Shown here in pieces: positions 10,485-21,733 of a stretch of DNA of 26,971 bases (the first letter of the stretch is position 1; each line of letters opens with the position of its first letter). The notes beneath the pieces are model-generated. The model made no database searches. It saw nothing but the letters and a program-made list of their open reading frames with translations, and was not told where the DNA came from. The stretch is from Macrostomum lignano (taxonomy: Eukaryota): positions 1-26,971 of the forward strand of contig NIVC01005075.1 of assembly GCA_002269645.1 (NCBI GenBank), written 5' to 3'. The position numbers were made by a program, and so were the translations under genes.

Positions 10485-12421
10485 ACCGTTTCTTCGCTCG
10501 CACGGACGTATTCAGCATGCCAGTGAAGTATGAGACAGACCAGGCCTATGGGCTAAGGTCTGCGATGCTCCACGCCTGCCCCTATCTTCAGCAGGTAAAG
10601 GCTGGTGGGAGGTCTGCACCCTCTATTTGCCGCTGGCAGCCGCAGACCCCTTCCCACGTAGTTTCGCAAGCCGACCCAGGGGTACCCGTCCCCGCGAGTG
10701 TTCAAGGCAGACCCTAGGGCTGCCGGACTGACTAGGCTCCGGCGCTGGGAACCCATCTAGTGGCTTTTGCCGAACTAGGGTATGCAGGTTTGGCTCGCCA
10801 GTCCGCAGGCCGTGGTACTGCTCAACGTACCCTCTAATGCCTAAGGTGTTCGACCGTGCCGAGGGTTGGAAGGCCGGGGAGTAGTCCGGTCGCTAGCGGT
10901 CCCCCTCCTGGTGTCGGGCCAGCCTTGAGGGTTCTTTTGGCCTACTTCCGGTCAGGTGGAGCAGCCGGGTGGGTACCGCTCCCCTTTGAGGGTAGCCTAC
11001 CAACCTTTATCATGGCCTTCGAGCCGACTATGGATAATCAAGCTAATTCTAGGGACGGGGACCCTTCTAAACCCCAACCTCAGTCCGACGGACCGGCCGG
11101 CCCTGCTGGCAGATCCCAACCGACTGATTCAACTGTGGCAAAGGGAGGACCGGCTGGCTCTGCTGGCAGATCCGACCAGAGAGCTACCAAAACCAAAGTA
11201 CCCAAAGACCTGCCAGCTCTACTGGTGGATCTAAGGGAACCGCGGGCTCTGAACCTAAAGGACCGGCCAAATCTGGCAGATCCGACGAAGCTCAGCGGGC
11301 TCGGCTTGAGCGCAAACGCGCTAAGCAACGCGCCAAAAGGCAGGCCAAGAAGGGAGCCGCGGGGGCCAAAGTGGCGGCGTCCACCATGGATGCTGAAGCG
11401 ACTGGCGTCCCAAGGCAACCAGACGGGCCGGCCGGTGGAAGCTCCAGTAGTTCGCCAGGGCGCTCCCTGGAGATGCTGCTGCGGCTGCTGAGGCCGAAAC
11501 CATGGCGCAACAAATAGCCACTGCCAACAAGGAGGTTCCTTCGGGAGCTACCTTTGCGGCGAAGGCCAAGGCCAAAATCCCGGGAGTGATCATTCAAGGT
11601 CGCGACCAGGACTGGACCACTGGTCAGCTTCAAAATGTGTGGAGTGCTATTGACTCCTATCTGATTGAGCTGACTGTCGAGGAGGGAATCTCCATTGGCA
11701 TTGAGCGGATGGTGCTGCGAAGCACATTCGTTCTTATTGCTCCCAGCAGTGAGGAGGACGCTCAGCAGCTGCTCCAGCGGCTGACGACGGTCTCCTTGGA
11801 TGCTGACCTCGGTGGAGCCCTTTTTCTTCGCGAAGGCCAGCGTCCAAAGAGTCCCTACGTGGTTTTTGTCCCCGCAAAGAGCACCGCAGCTGGACAAACG
11901 TTATCCTGGCTGTGTCATCGACTCGCGAATCAAAGCGTGGATCAGGACCCAGCACCGCTCGACTTGGGCGAACTACACTACCTGCATGCAATCCAGAGGC
12001 ACTGTCCCTCAGCCCTCTCACCAGCTCCGGAAGCTCGTCCTGCGCCTCTCGAGCAGCGACATCCGGGCTGCCACCATGACCCTCTCAGGTCACGGCTGCT
12101 TCTGTCAGCATCTGTCCCGCCTTTACGCGAGCCAGACTCACTTACCTCGGGCCACACACATCTATTACTGAAGCGTGCAAACCCGAAAACTTTAATTAGC
12201 TCATGCGCTACATGTACCTCTGGGCCCCCGCAGGGCTGAACTCTCCTTTCCAGAGAGCACCATAGCTGCTGGCGACAGTAGGGGACCTCCCTGGGCGGCG
12301 CCAACCCTTCGTCCATAGCGACGCATCGGCCGTTTAGGGATTAGCGGAATGGGCGTTCGTGCCTTCCCGCTGTGTCCCCCCGGGACAGCCCTGCAGCTAC
12401 GTCAAGTAAGACCGTTTCTTC
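10485..12421 (+). mobile_element. GC-rich retroelement-like insertion bounded by 11-bp direct repeats ACCGTTTCTTC; carries only an ORF1/gag-like gene
   Basis: ACCGTTTCTTC at 10485-10495 and 12411-12421; sharp GC-rich block between AT-richer flanks; no RT or endonuclease motifs seen. Confidence 0.6.
11010..12239 (+). pseudogene. Frameshifted non-LTR retrotransposon ORF1-like protein (resembles DUF4780-type ORF1 of R1-like elements)
   Basis: Switching frames near 11200 and 11460 gives four GPAxxAGRS-type repeats, a basic segment (SDEAQRARLERKRAKQRAKRQAKK), TFAAKAKAK, then a globular region (W..ID.YL.EL...LIAPSSEEDAQ.L...P..PY.VFVP...L..RLANQ). Family assignment is from pattern memory, not a search. 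Confidence 0.5.
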
Positions 12422-12982
12422 AATTCTAGCTAAATAACACTATAGCTAATTTCTATTATTTTTCTCTCGAATTACGCTGCTTCTACAGAAGATACTAGCT
12501 GCGTGCCGAACATTTTTCCTTTCCAGGCTCAAATTATTCAATGACCTGTACAGATTTCATCAATTGTAAGTAGAAGCACTTACCCTCTCAGATTCAGGCT
12601 ATCAATCTTTGGCTTATTATAGTTCTCAGCTGTGGCCTTGACATCAGGGTGATTACTCAAAGCCTGAAGACAGTCTCTCTGTAGATGCCTAACACTCGGG
12701 GAATTGCTGATTTTGTTATTATAGTCTGCAGGAACTTGTAGGAAGCAGGATGGACTGTGGTGCTGCAGAAGGCATGAAGATGCGAGTATCTCACTAAAAT
12801 ACGCCAGATTTTCATTTTTTAAGTTCGAAAGCCTTATTAGCTGCTCAATAAGACAATTTAGCTTTGCAAAAACAGCCTCTTCAGCTGAGGTGTCCGAATC
12901 TTTGTAGCTCTTGGCTTACAGCCTAGCTGGCATTGGAATGACATGTCTTCAAAAAGGAAGCCGAGTGTCACTCACTGTGGTG

Positions 12983-13074
12983 AGCGAAGCCAAGGACCAC
13001 TAGAAGTTACCGTTGTGAGTTACAAAATCGGTCGTGAGTTACAACGGTAACTTCTAGTGGTCCTTTAGCGAAGC
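12983..13074. mobile_element. 76-bp MITE (12991-13066): 25-bp perfect inverted arms, 8-bp target-site duplication AGCGAAGC (hAT-like)
   Basis: aaggaccactagaagttaccgttgt (12992-13016) and its exact reverse complement (13041-13065); AGCGAAGC at 12983-12990 and 13067-13074. Confidence 0.85.
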
Positions 13075-13827
13075 AACAACCAAAGAGGCTTCCTGGAACT
13101 GCGTAACATGAAAAATCGACCTATAAAAAACGACCTATACTCTCGTATACGAGCTAAGCATAATTATCGATAGTATTTTATAATTAACAAAGCAATTTAA
13201 GCAATCAAAAGCAGGTGCATGTATACATGTAGATCTAGAAGCGGGTAAACCATCTCGATGGTTGCTTTGAGATGAGTTGGAATCAGTGACCAAATTCGGC
13301 TGGCCTTCTGTTAGCTAACCAAACCCCGGGCCAATGTTACACACACCCACGCAAGCCCACATATTCAGCTGAAGTGGCCGGCCCGTCTCCCTTCGAATCA
13401 GTTTAGGACTGTATCGACTGTTTGCCCACTGCGCCCATCCCCTCATAAGTCAACTGATCGCGTTAGATTGGCCCATGGCCCAGGCCCAAGATGCCATTTT
13501 ATAATCGGCCCTCCGTGGCCACGATTCTTCCTCTCCCACTTACCTGCCCGAGCCTCAGTCAAGGTCAGAGCCGTCTAATAATTATTGCCTGTCAGGTTCT
13601 TTGGAAATTCAATCAGCTCTCCGGTTTTAGGTCACCACCGTAAGTTGTATTTTAACCTCTTCTGGGCCAGGGTCCAACTCTTACCTGCTGGTGCACCTTG
13701 CAATCTGGGTCAATACGAACATGCACACCAGTCATTCGAGTCGTTTAGGACTTATGATTGTACGTGTATACAACATCTCACCTGTTTCCACCAACCCACA
13801 AAAAATCCAGAAGTGATTGCGCAAGTC

Positions 13828-14283
13828 ATGCACCCAGTCTCTGCCGTTGCCTCATCGTCCGCCATCCTGACTGTCAGCTACCTGGCCCTGCTGATCTGCT
13901 CCGCTGTCGCTGGCGTCAACGCTGATTCGACGATCGACGCCACTCGCCGATCCTGGGATGACGGGCCCGGCCTGTCGCTTCGGTCGGCGGACTTCGATAT
14001 GACTTCCGGCTATCCGGCCATCGGCAAACGCCTAGCCGCTGTCCGCTTTGCCCACTACTACGTCGACCACGACGTCGACGAGGTTGGCATGAGTCCCGAA
14101 GCTGGCACGCCATCAGTGAGTCGTCGGGAATATCAACAGCTTCGAAGCGCAGTGGTCCAGCTGGCCCAGCGTCTGCTTGATAATCCGCGGCGGCAGCGGC
14201 TGATGCGACAGCGACATTTGTGGCAACCGACTGAGGCTCGGGTTGTCAACCTGCTGCTGTCGCGAGGCGGTAGGCGCACTTAA
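13828..14283 (+). CDS. Secreted neuropeptide prohormone (151 aa) with signal peptide and two amidation/cleavage sites
   Basis: ATG 13828 follows acceptor atccag (13810). Hydrophobic N-terminus (AILTVSYLALLICSAVAG-VNA); RR-SWDDGPGLSLRSADFDMTSGYPAI-GKR; further RR sites; C-terminal ..ARVVNLLLSRG-GRR; GC-rich coding-like block. Confidence 0.8.
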   Translation: MHPVSAVASSSAILTVSYLALLICSAVAGVNADSTIDATRRSWDDGPGLSLRSADFDMTSGYPAIGKRLAAVRFAHYYVDHDVDEVGMSPEAGTPSVSRREYQQLRSAVVQLAQRLLDNPRRQRLMRQRHLWQPTEARVVNLLLSRGGRRT

Positions 14284-14767
14284 GCCGGCCAACTGGGTCC
14301 AGGGGCATCTCGTCTGACTGGATGAAGAATTCATTTTATCACATTCACTTTGGGTCCGCTATTTTGCCGTCGGGCTTATTAATAGCTGGAAAGAAATCCT
14401 CAGCAAGTTTGCTACTGGCCATCCAGAGGATCCTAGCAGGTACCCATCACAAATAATGGCGGACAGGTACAAAATACTTTAGATTACGCTAGAAAAAGAT
14501 CAGGGTACTAAGGGTAGTTTTGCGAGTTGTTACAAAGCACATTGGGCCGCCGATGACGAGAAGCAGACATCGCCGATTGTGCGTCTTTGTCTTGACAAAC
14601 CTTCTTTGAAAATATACGTTCACAACTACAGCACGAATTACTTCAGTTCCGACTGACGCAGCTGTACTCAACCAAATGTGTTCGACACTTATTTTTACAA
14701 TTGTTCTTCTGAAAGATAATTACAAAACGGAAATACTCCGCGAAACCCACAAACCCAAGGACACGCG

Positions 14768-15937
14768 CGCCGGCTGTCCGGAAATTCGTGAGAATGTGTC
14801 AATCGAGCAAGAAAGAAGCAAGCTGTTGACATGGTGCACAGATAATTTCAATATTAGACTCATACTAGCAATCAGCGCCCCCGTTGGGGAGCCATAATGC
14901 AGTACAAGTTTTTTAATAAACTACATGTTGCGTCTCTTTGCAATATACCTCAGCAGGCCCTTGTAAGCCTTGACATGTCAGCAATTCCCCCCACAAGCCT
15001 CGCATGGGAAAAAACGCGAGCGTAAAAAAGTGCCCGGAAAATAGCGTGCTTTACCTCATATAGAGCATTTATATACGATGCTCGTATATCCCATAGACAA
15101 TTGGTTGAAAAATGAAGCTCACAACTTGACTAACTGCTTGGAATAGCGGGCAATATAAGGCTCACACCATGCTCTATGCGCTCAATAACCAACGCAACGC
15201 AGTGATCAAGATTGCAAATTTTGACAGGCATTTCTTCAAAATGGAAGACTTCTAGACTTATGCCAATGCTAGATACAGTCCTGGAATCTGCGTTATCAGT
15301 TGTCATGACGAGCTACTCAAAGTTTTTGGAGTTGCGGCACCAGTCAGTCAACGGTTTACAGATGGTACTTAGAGTTCCGTGATGAAGCAGTTCCCCTGGC
15401 CTCAGCTCCTCGGAGCTCTTGTTGAAGAGGATTCAAAGGTTTATATCAGGGACCTCGTTGAATTTTTGGAATTTAGAAGAACAACAGTGCACAAAATTTT
15501 GACGGAGAATTTGCACCTTCAAAAAGTTTCTGCTGTCTGGGTTCCGCACGCTCTCTCCGAGGAGAAAAAGTTCGCAGGCTTTTTTACAACGAGGGCATGG
15601 AAAAAACTTTTTTGACAAGTAAGAGGTGGAAGATGAGACATGGGTGCACCTGAACGACACTGGCACAAAGTAAAAAACAGGTGCTGGCTTAGCCAAGGGG
15701 ATCATCGACCACATTCAGCGACCACAAGGAAGTTCGAGAAGCTGCGTTGCAGTGGGCAAGAGGGCCTTGACGAAGATTGCTTGAAAAGAGAGGTTCAGCG
15801 ACTCGTTGACCATTGCCAAGCTGTAATCAACACAAGGGGCGGGAGATCATATTACCAACTAGTACTGTTACTGTATTTTCCGACAGTTCTGACTGCTTTT
15901 TTAAGATACATTCTCACGACTTTCCGGACAGCCGGCG
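14768..15937 (+). mobile_element. Non-autonomous, internally deleted Tc1/mariner element with 30-bp TIRs
   Basis: TIRs cgccggctgtccggaaattcgtgagaatgt (14768-14797) and 15908-15937 match 29/30; TA follows the right TIR. Transposase remnants: HDELLKVFG..STVYRWYLEFR, TVHKILTENLHLQKVSAVWVPHAL, and C-terminal LVDHCQAVINTRGG..Y. Confidence 0.9.
15270..15860 (+). pseudogene. Degenerate mariner transposase: HTH domain plus WVPH linker plus C-terminal end; DD34D core missing
   Basis: WVPHAL at about 15538-15555; frameshifts and stops; only ~250 bp between the linker and the C-terminal motif, far shorter than a catalytic domain. Confidence 0.85.
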
Positions 15938-16852
15938 TAATAACAAGTTGCCTTGCAGTACTCAGTCTTCTAAGTAGTACTGAGAGCGTTTTAGCTGCAA
16001 TAGGCCATCAATTTCAACTGTCAATGTCCAAGGATCGCTAGACGTCCTGGGTGCGTAAGGACGTAGCATTCGCGTTGCTTACAAATACAATAACGAGAGA
16101 GAAAACCTACATTTTAAAGCACTTAATGGACGATTTTTATGCTATTACCCTTCTGAAATGCTATTACGGCGATCACATGAAGCTAGCGCATACAGTACAT
16201 GTATGAGTCTGGTCCAAGGTGGCTTCATCAGTTTAGCGACTAAAAAATCAAGAGAAATGCTACTGGAGACTTGTCAAACGCACTGAAACGCCTGGAGACT
16301 GTCTTTTTTCAAGATAGATTTTTCATGTCTGCGGTAAAACTCAAATTTTGATGCCATGCATTCGACAAAAGTTCTATAAAGAGCATTCAGTACTTTCACT
16401 TTACCAGCTTCCAGACGATGTTTTTATAAACTACTCGTAATTCAATTCAACATATTTTAACTGAAATTCAACCTTCAACCTGCAGGTGCAGCGGTAACTT
16501 TCATTGGCCCCTGTCGCTGGCGCCGATGCTATTGAAATCATGGTTCACTTTGACACACTGTGTATAAAAAGTACGCAATCTGTGTGCTTGAAAGTGCGAC
16601 AGGTGATTGTTTTGCAATAAATTTTCAATCAGAAAGAGTAAAAGTGAACGGCATTTGCTATCAGCTAGGAACAGACCCACGATCCTGGACGCGACTTGAT
16701 CAAATCACTGAGCAGCTGCCAAATAAGAAATGAAATGTGAAATCTCTTATTTCAGCCCCAGGCAGACTTTCGGCTCTGCTCTATTAATCCCGTCAAGATG
16801 AGCTGAGCTGGGACTGTTACCTGCACTCTTATTCCTATCTTTAGGCTTATTC

Positions 16853-18492
16853 CTGTCTCATAGCTTAGTAATGATGAGAATTAGCTGTCTCATAGCTTAG
16901 TAATGATGAGGCTTAGCTGTCTCATAGCTTAGTAATGATGAGAATTAGCTGTCTCATAGCTTAGTCATGATGAGAATTAGCTGTCTCATAGCTTAGTAAT
17001 GATGAGACGTAGCTGTCTCATAGCTTAGTAATGATGAGGCTTAGCTGTCTCATAGCTTAGTAATGATGAGGCTTAGCTGTCTCATAGCTTAGTAATGAAG
17101 ATAATGATGAGCTGAGCTGTCTCATAGCTTAGTAATGATGAGGCTTAGCTGTCTCATAGCTTAGTAATGATGAGGCTTGCTGTCTCATAGCTTAGTAATG
17201 ATGAGGCTTAGCTGTCTCATAGCTTAGTAATGATGAGGCTTAGCTGTCTCATAGCTTAGTAATGAAGATAATGATGAGGCTGAGCTGTCTCATAGCTTAG
17301 TAATGATGAGGCTTAGCTGTCTCATAGCTTAGTAATGATGAGGCTTAGCTGTCTCATAGCTTAGTAATGATGAGGCTTAGCTGTCTCATAGCTTAGTAAT
17401 GATGAGGCTTAGCTGTCTCATAGCTTAGTAATGATGAGAATTAGCTGTCTCATAGCTTAGTAATGATGAGGCTTAGCTGTCTCATAGCTTAGTAATGATG
17501 AGGCTTAGCTGTCTCATAGCTTAGTAATGATGAGGCTTAGCTGTCTCATAGCTTAGTAATGATGAGCTTAGCTGTCTCATAGCTTAGTAATGATGAGGCT
17601 TAGCTGTCTCATAGCTTAGTAATGATGAGGCTTAGCTGTCTCATAGCTTAGTAATGATGAGAATTAGCTGTCTCATAGCTTAGTAATGATGAGGCTTAGC
17701 TGTCTCATAGCTTAGTAATGATGAGAATTAGCTGTCTCATAGCTTAGTAATGATGAGAATTAGCTGTCTCATAGCTTAGTAATGATGAGAATTAGCTGTC
17801 TCATAGCTTAGTAATGATGAGAATTAGCTGTCTCATAGCTTAGTAATGATGAGAATTAGCTGTCTCATAGCTTAGTAATGATGAGAATTAGCTGTCTCAT
17901 AGCTTAGTAATGATGAGGCTTAGCTGTCTCATAGCTTAGTAATGATGAGAATTAGCTGTCTCATAGCTTAGTAATGATGAGAATTAGCTGTCTCATAGCT
18001 TAGTAATGATGAGAATTAGCTGTCTCATAGCTTAGTAATGATGAGAATTAGCTGTCTCATAGCTTAGTAATGATGAGAATTAGCTGTCTCATAGCTTAGT
18101 AATGATGAGAATTAGCTGTCTCATAGCTTAGTAATGATGAGCTGTCTCATAGCTTAGTAATGATGAGAATTAGCTGTCTCATAGCTTAGTAATGAATGAG
18201 GCTTATCTGTCTCATAGCTTAGTAATGATGAGAATTAGCTGTCTCATAGCTTAGTAATGAATGAGGCTTATCTGTCTCATAGCTTAGTAATGATGAGAAT
18301 TAGCTGTCTCATAGCTTAGTAATGATGAGAATTAGCTGTCTCATAGCTTAGTAATGATGAGAATTAGCTGTCTCATAGCTTAGTAATGATGAGAATTAGC
18401 TGTCTCATAGCTTAGTAATGATGAGAATTAGCTGTCTCATAGCTTAGTAATGATGAGAATTAGCTGTCTCATAGCAATTAGTAATGATGACA
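16853..18492. repeat. Satellite, 32-bp unit ctgtctcatagcttagtaatgatgag[aa/gc]ttag, ~50 copies
   Basis: Highly homogeneous tandem array; the gaggcttag variant dominates the 5' half and the gagaattag variant the 3' half. Confidence 0.98.
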
Positions 18493-18885
18493 CTCAGATT
18501 TTGAAGTGTGAGGAGAAACCGGTCAAATTATGGTCACAAGTTTCTAGCAAGCGCAGATGTCTAAGGATAATCTGCTACACAGTTTTTGGTAATTGGTCCA
18601 ATTACGTTTCCTTTGACTGCTCATAATTCGATGCCTCTGTGTCCGCAACAGGCTTATCTTTACGTGTCCGTGCATCTTTTTATTTTCCACACTGCTTTAC
18701 AGGAAAATTCCAGTTGAGTTTAAAGCAGTCTGAGTCCATTTTTGTCGAAAATCACTCTAATATTATTGGCCACTTACTCTGGCCAATCAGCAATCTTCCG
18801 TGAAGTTACCTGAAGATTTAAGATCACTCCAAAGCACTGAATAAGACAGCGTGTGTGTGTGGACGACTTTAAAATTGATTTTCTA

Positions 18886-18918
18886 ATGTCAGTCAAAAGC
18901 CTAATCAACACAGTGAAG
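18886..18918 (+). CDS. Candidate first coding exon of the GPCR (MSVKSLINTVK)
   Basis: ATG at 18886, open to AAG|gtaggc donor at 18919; phase 0 matches the acceptor at 21733. No homology support. Confidence 0.45.
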
Positions 18919-19009
18919 GTAGGCTGCATTGCTTCATTTAAATTTGTATTTGTATTGAGTACTCTACTTTTGGCATCCAGCTAATTACTCAAGCCATTCT
19001 TATATATAA

Positions 19010-21733
19010 TCATTATGTCACCATTCTACTCAATGTCAGCCATCAATCCACTCATTCTCAGGCAACAATCTACTCATTCTCAGGCATCAATCTACTCATT
19101 CTCAGACATCAATCTACTCATTCTCAGGCATCAATTTGCTCATTCTCAGGCATCGATCTACTCATTCTCAGGCATCAATCTACTCATTCTCAGACATAAA
19201 TCTACTCATTCTCATACATCAATCTACTCATTCTCAGACATCAATCTACTCATTCTCAGGCATCAATCCACTCATTCTCAGGCATCAATCTACTCATTCT
19301 CAGACATCAATCTACTCATTCTCAGACATCAATCCACTCATTCTCAGGCATCAATCTACTCATTCTCAGACATCAATCCACTCATTCTCAGGCATCAATC
19401 TGCTCATTCTCAGACATATCAATCTACTCATTCTCAGGCATCAATCTGCTCATTCTCAGACATATCAATCTACTCATTCTCAGGAATCAATCTACTCATT
19501 CTCAGGCATCAATCTGCTCATTCTCAGACATATCAATCCACTCATTCTCAGGCATCAATCTGCTCATTCTCAGGCATCTATCTACTCATTCTCAGGCATC
19601 AATCTACTCATTCGCAGGCATCAATCTACTCATTCTCAGACATCAATCTACTCATTCTCAGGTATCAATCTACTCATTCTCAGGCATCAATCCACTCAGT
19701 CTCAGACATCAATCTACTCATTCTCAGACATCAATCTACTCATTCTCAGACATCAATCCACTCATTCTCAGGCATCAATCCACTCATTCTCAGGCATCAA
19801 TCTACTCATTCTCGGGCATCAATCTACTCAGTCTCTGACATCAATCTGCTCATTCTCGGAAATCAATCTACTCATTCTCTGACATCAATCTACTCATTCT
19901 CAGGCATCAATCTACTCATTCTCAGACATATCAATCTACTCATTCTCAGGCATCAATCTACTCATTCTCGGGCATCAATCTACTCATTCTCAGACATATC
20001 AATCTACTCATTCTCAGGCATCAATCTACTCATTCTCAGACATCAATCTACTCATTCTCAGGCAACAATCTACTCATTCTCAGGCATCAATCTACTCATT
20101 CTCAGACATCAATCTACTCATTCTCAGGCATCAATCTACTCATTCTCAGACATATCAATCTACTCATTCTCAGGCATCAATTTGCTCATTCTCAGGCATC
20201 GATCTACTCATTCTCAGGCATCAATCTACTCATTCTCAGACATAAATCTACTCATTCTCAGGCATCAATCTGCTCATTCTCAGACATATCAGTCTACTCA
20301 TTCTCAGGCATCAATCTACTCATTCTCAGGCATCAATCTACTCATTCTCAGACATATCAATCCACTCATTCTCAGGCATCTATCTACTCATTCTCAGGCA
20401 TCAATTTGCTCATTCTCAGGCATCGATCTACTCATTCTCAGGCATCAATCTACTCATTCTCAGACATCAATCTACTCATTCTCAGACATCAATCTACTCA
20501 TTCTCAGGCATCAATCCACTCATTCTCAGGCATCAATCTACTCATTCTCAGACATCAATCTACTCATTCTCAGACATCAATCCACTCATTCTCAGGCATC
20601 AATCCACTCATTCTCAGGCATCAATCTACTCATTCTCAGACATCTATCTACTCATTCTCAGGCATCAATCTGCTCATTCTCAGACATATCAATCCACTCA
20701 TTCTCAGGCATCAATCTGCTCATTCTCAGGCATCTATCTACTCATTCTCGGGCATCAATCTACTCATTCTCAGGCATCAATCTACTCATTCTCAGACATC
20801 AATCTACTCATTCTCAGGTATCAATCTACTCATTCTCAGGCATCAATCTACTCATTCTCAGACATCAATCTACTCATTCTCAGACATCAATCTACTCATT
20901 CTCAGGCATCAATCTACTCATTCTCAGGCATCTATCTACTCATTCTCGGGCATCAATCTACTCAGTCTCAGACATCAATCTACTCATTCTCGGAAATCAA
21001 TCTACTCATTCTCAGGCATCAATCTACTCATTCTCAGACATATCAATCTACTCATTCTCAGGCATCAATCTACTCATTCTCGGACATCAATCTACTCATT
21101 CTCAGGCATCAATCTGCTCATTCTCAGACATATCAATCTACTCATTCTCAGGCATCAATCTACTCATTCTCAGACATACCAATCTACTCATTCTCGGGCA
21201 TCAATCTACTCATTCTCAGGCATCAATCTACTCAGTCTCAGACATCAATCTACTCATTCTCAGGCATCAATCTACTCATTCTCAGACATCTATCTAGTCA
21301 TTCTCGGGCATCAATCTACTCATTCTCAGACATCAATCTACTCATTCTCATACATCAATCTACTCATTCTCAGGCATCAATCTACTCATTCTCAGACATA
21401 TCAATCTACTCATTCTCAGGCATCAATCCACTCATTCTCAGACATCAATCTACTCATTCTCAGACATATCAATCTACTCATTCTCAGGCATCAATCTACT
21501 CATTCTCAGACATCAATCTACTCATTCTCGGAAATCAATCTACTCATTCTCAGTCATTAATCTACTCATTCTCAGACATATCAATCTACTCATTCTCAGG
21601 CATCAATCTACTCATTCTCAGACATATCAATCTACTCATTCTCAGGCATCAATCTACTCATTCTCAGACATCAATCTACTCATTCTCGGAAATCAACCTA
21701 CTCATTCTCAGTCATTAATCTACTCATTCTCAG
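19010..21733. repeat. Satellite, 22-bp unit catcaatctactcattctcag[g/a] (24-bp catatcaat variants), ~120 copies
   Basis: Continuous tandem array; source of the spurious 760/384/248-aa ORFs; the last unit ends in the AG preceding the GPCR exon. Confidence 0.98.

Noticed and set aside
11292-12316. Minus-strand ORFs over the ORF1 element
   Set aside because: Antisense shadows in GC-rich sequence; no RT, RNase H or integrase motifs.
13585-13827. N-terminal 81 aa of the 232-aa track ORF
   Set aside because: Starts at a non-ATG codon and spans a GT-AG intron (13640-13810); the signal peptide begins at ATG 13828.
16853-18492. ATGATGA in every unit as snoRNA box C or hammerhead core
   Set aside because: No regular box D (CTGA) partner and no GAAA half of a hammerhead core.
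19015-21560. 760-, 384- and 248-aa ORFs
   Set aside because: Translations of the 22-bp satellite, which lacks stops on this strand; the frame drifts with unit length and there is no coding signature.
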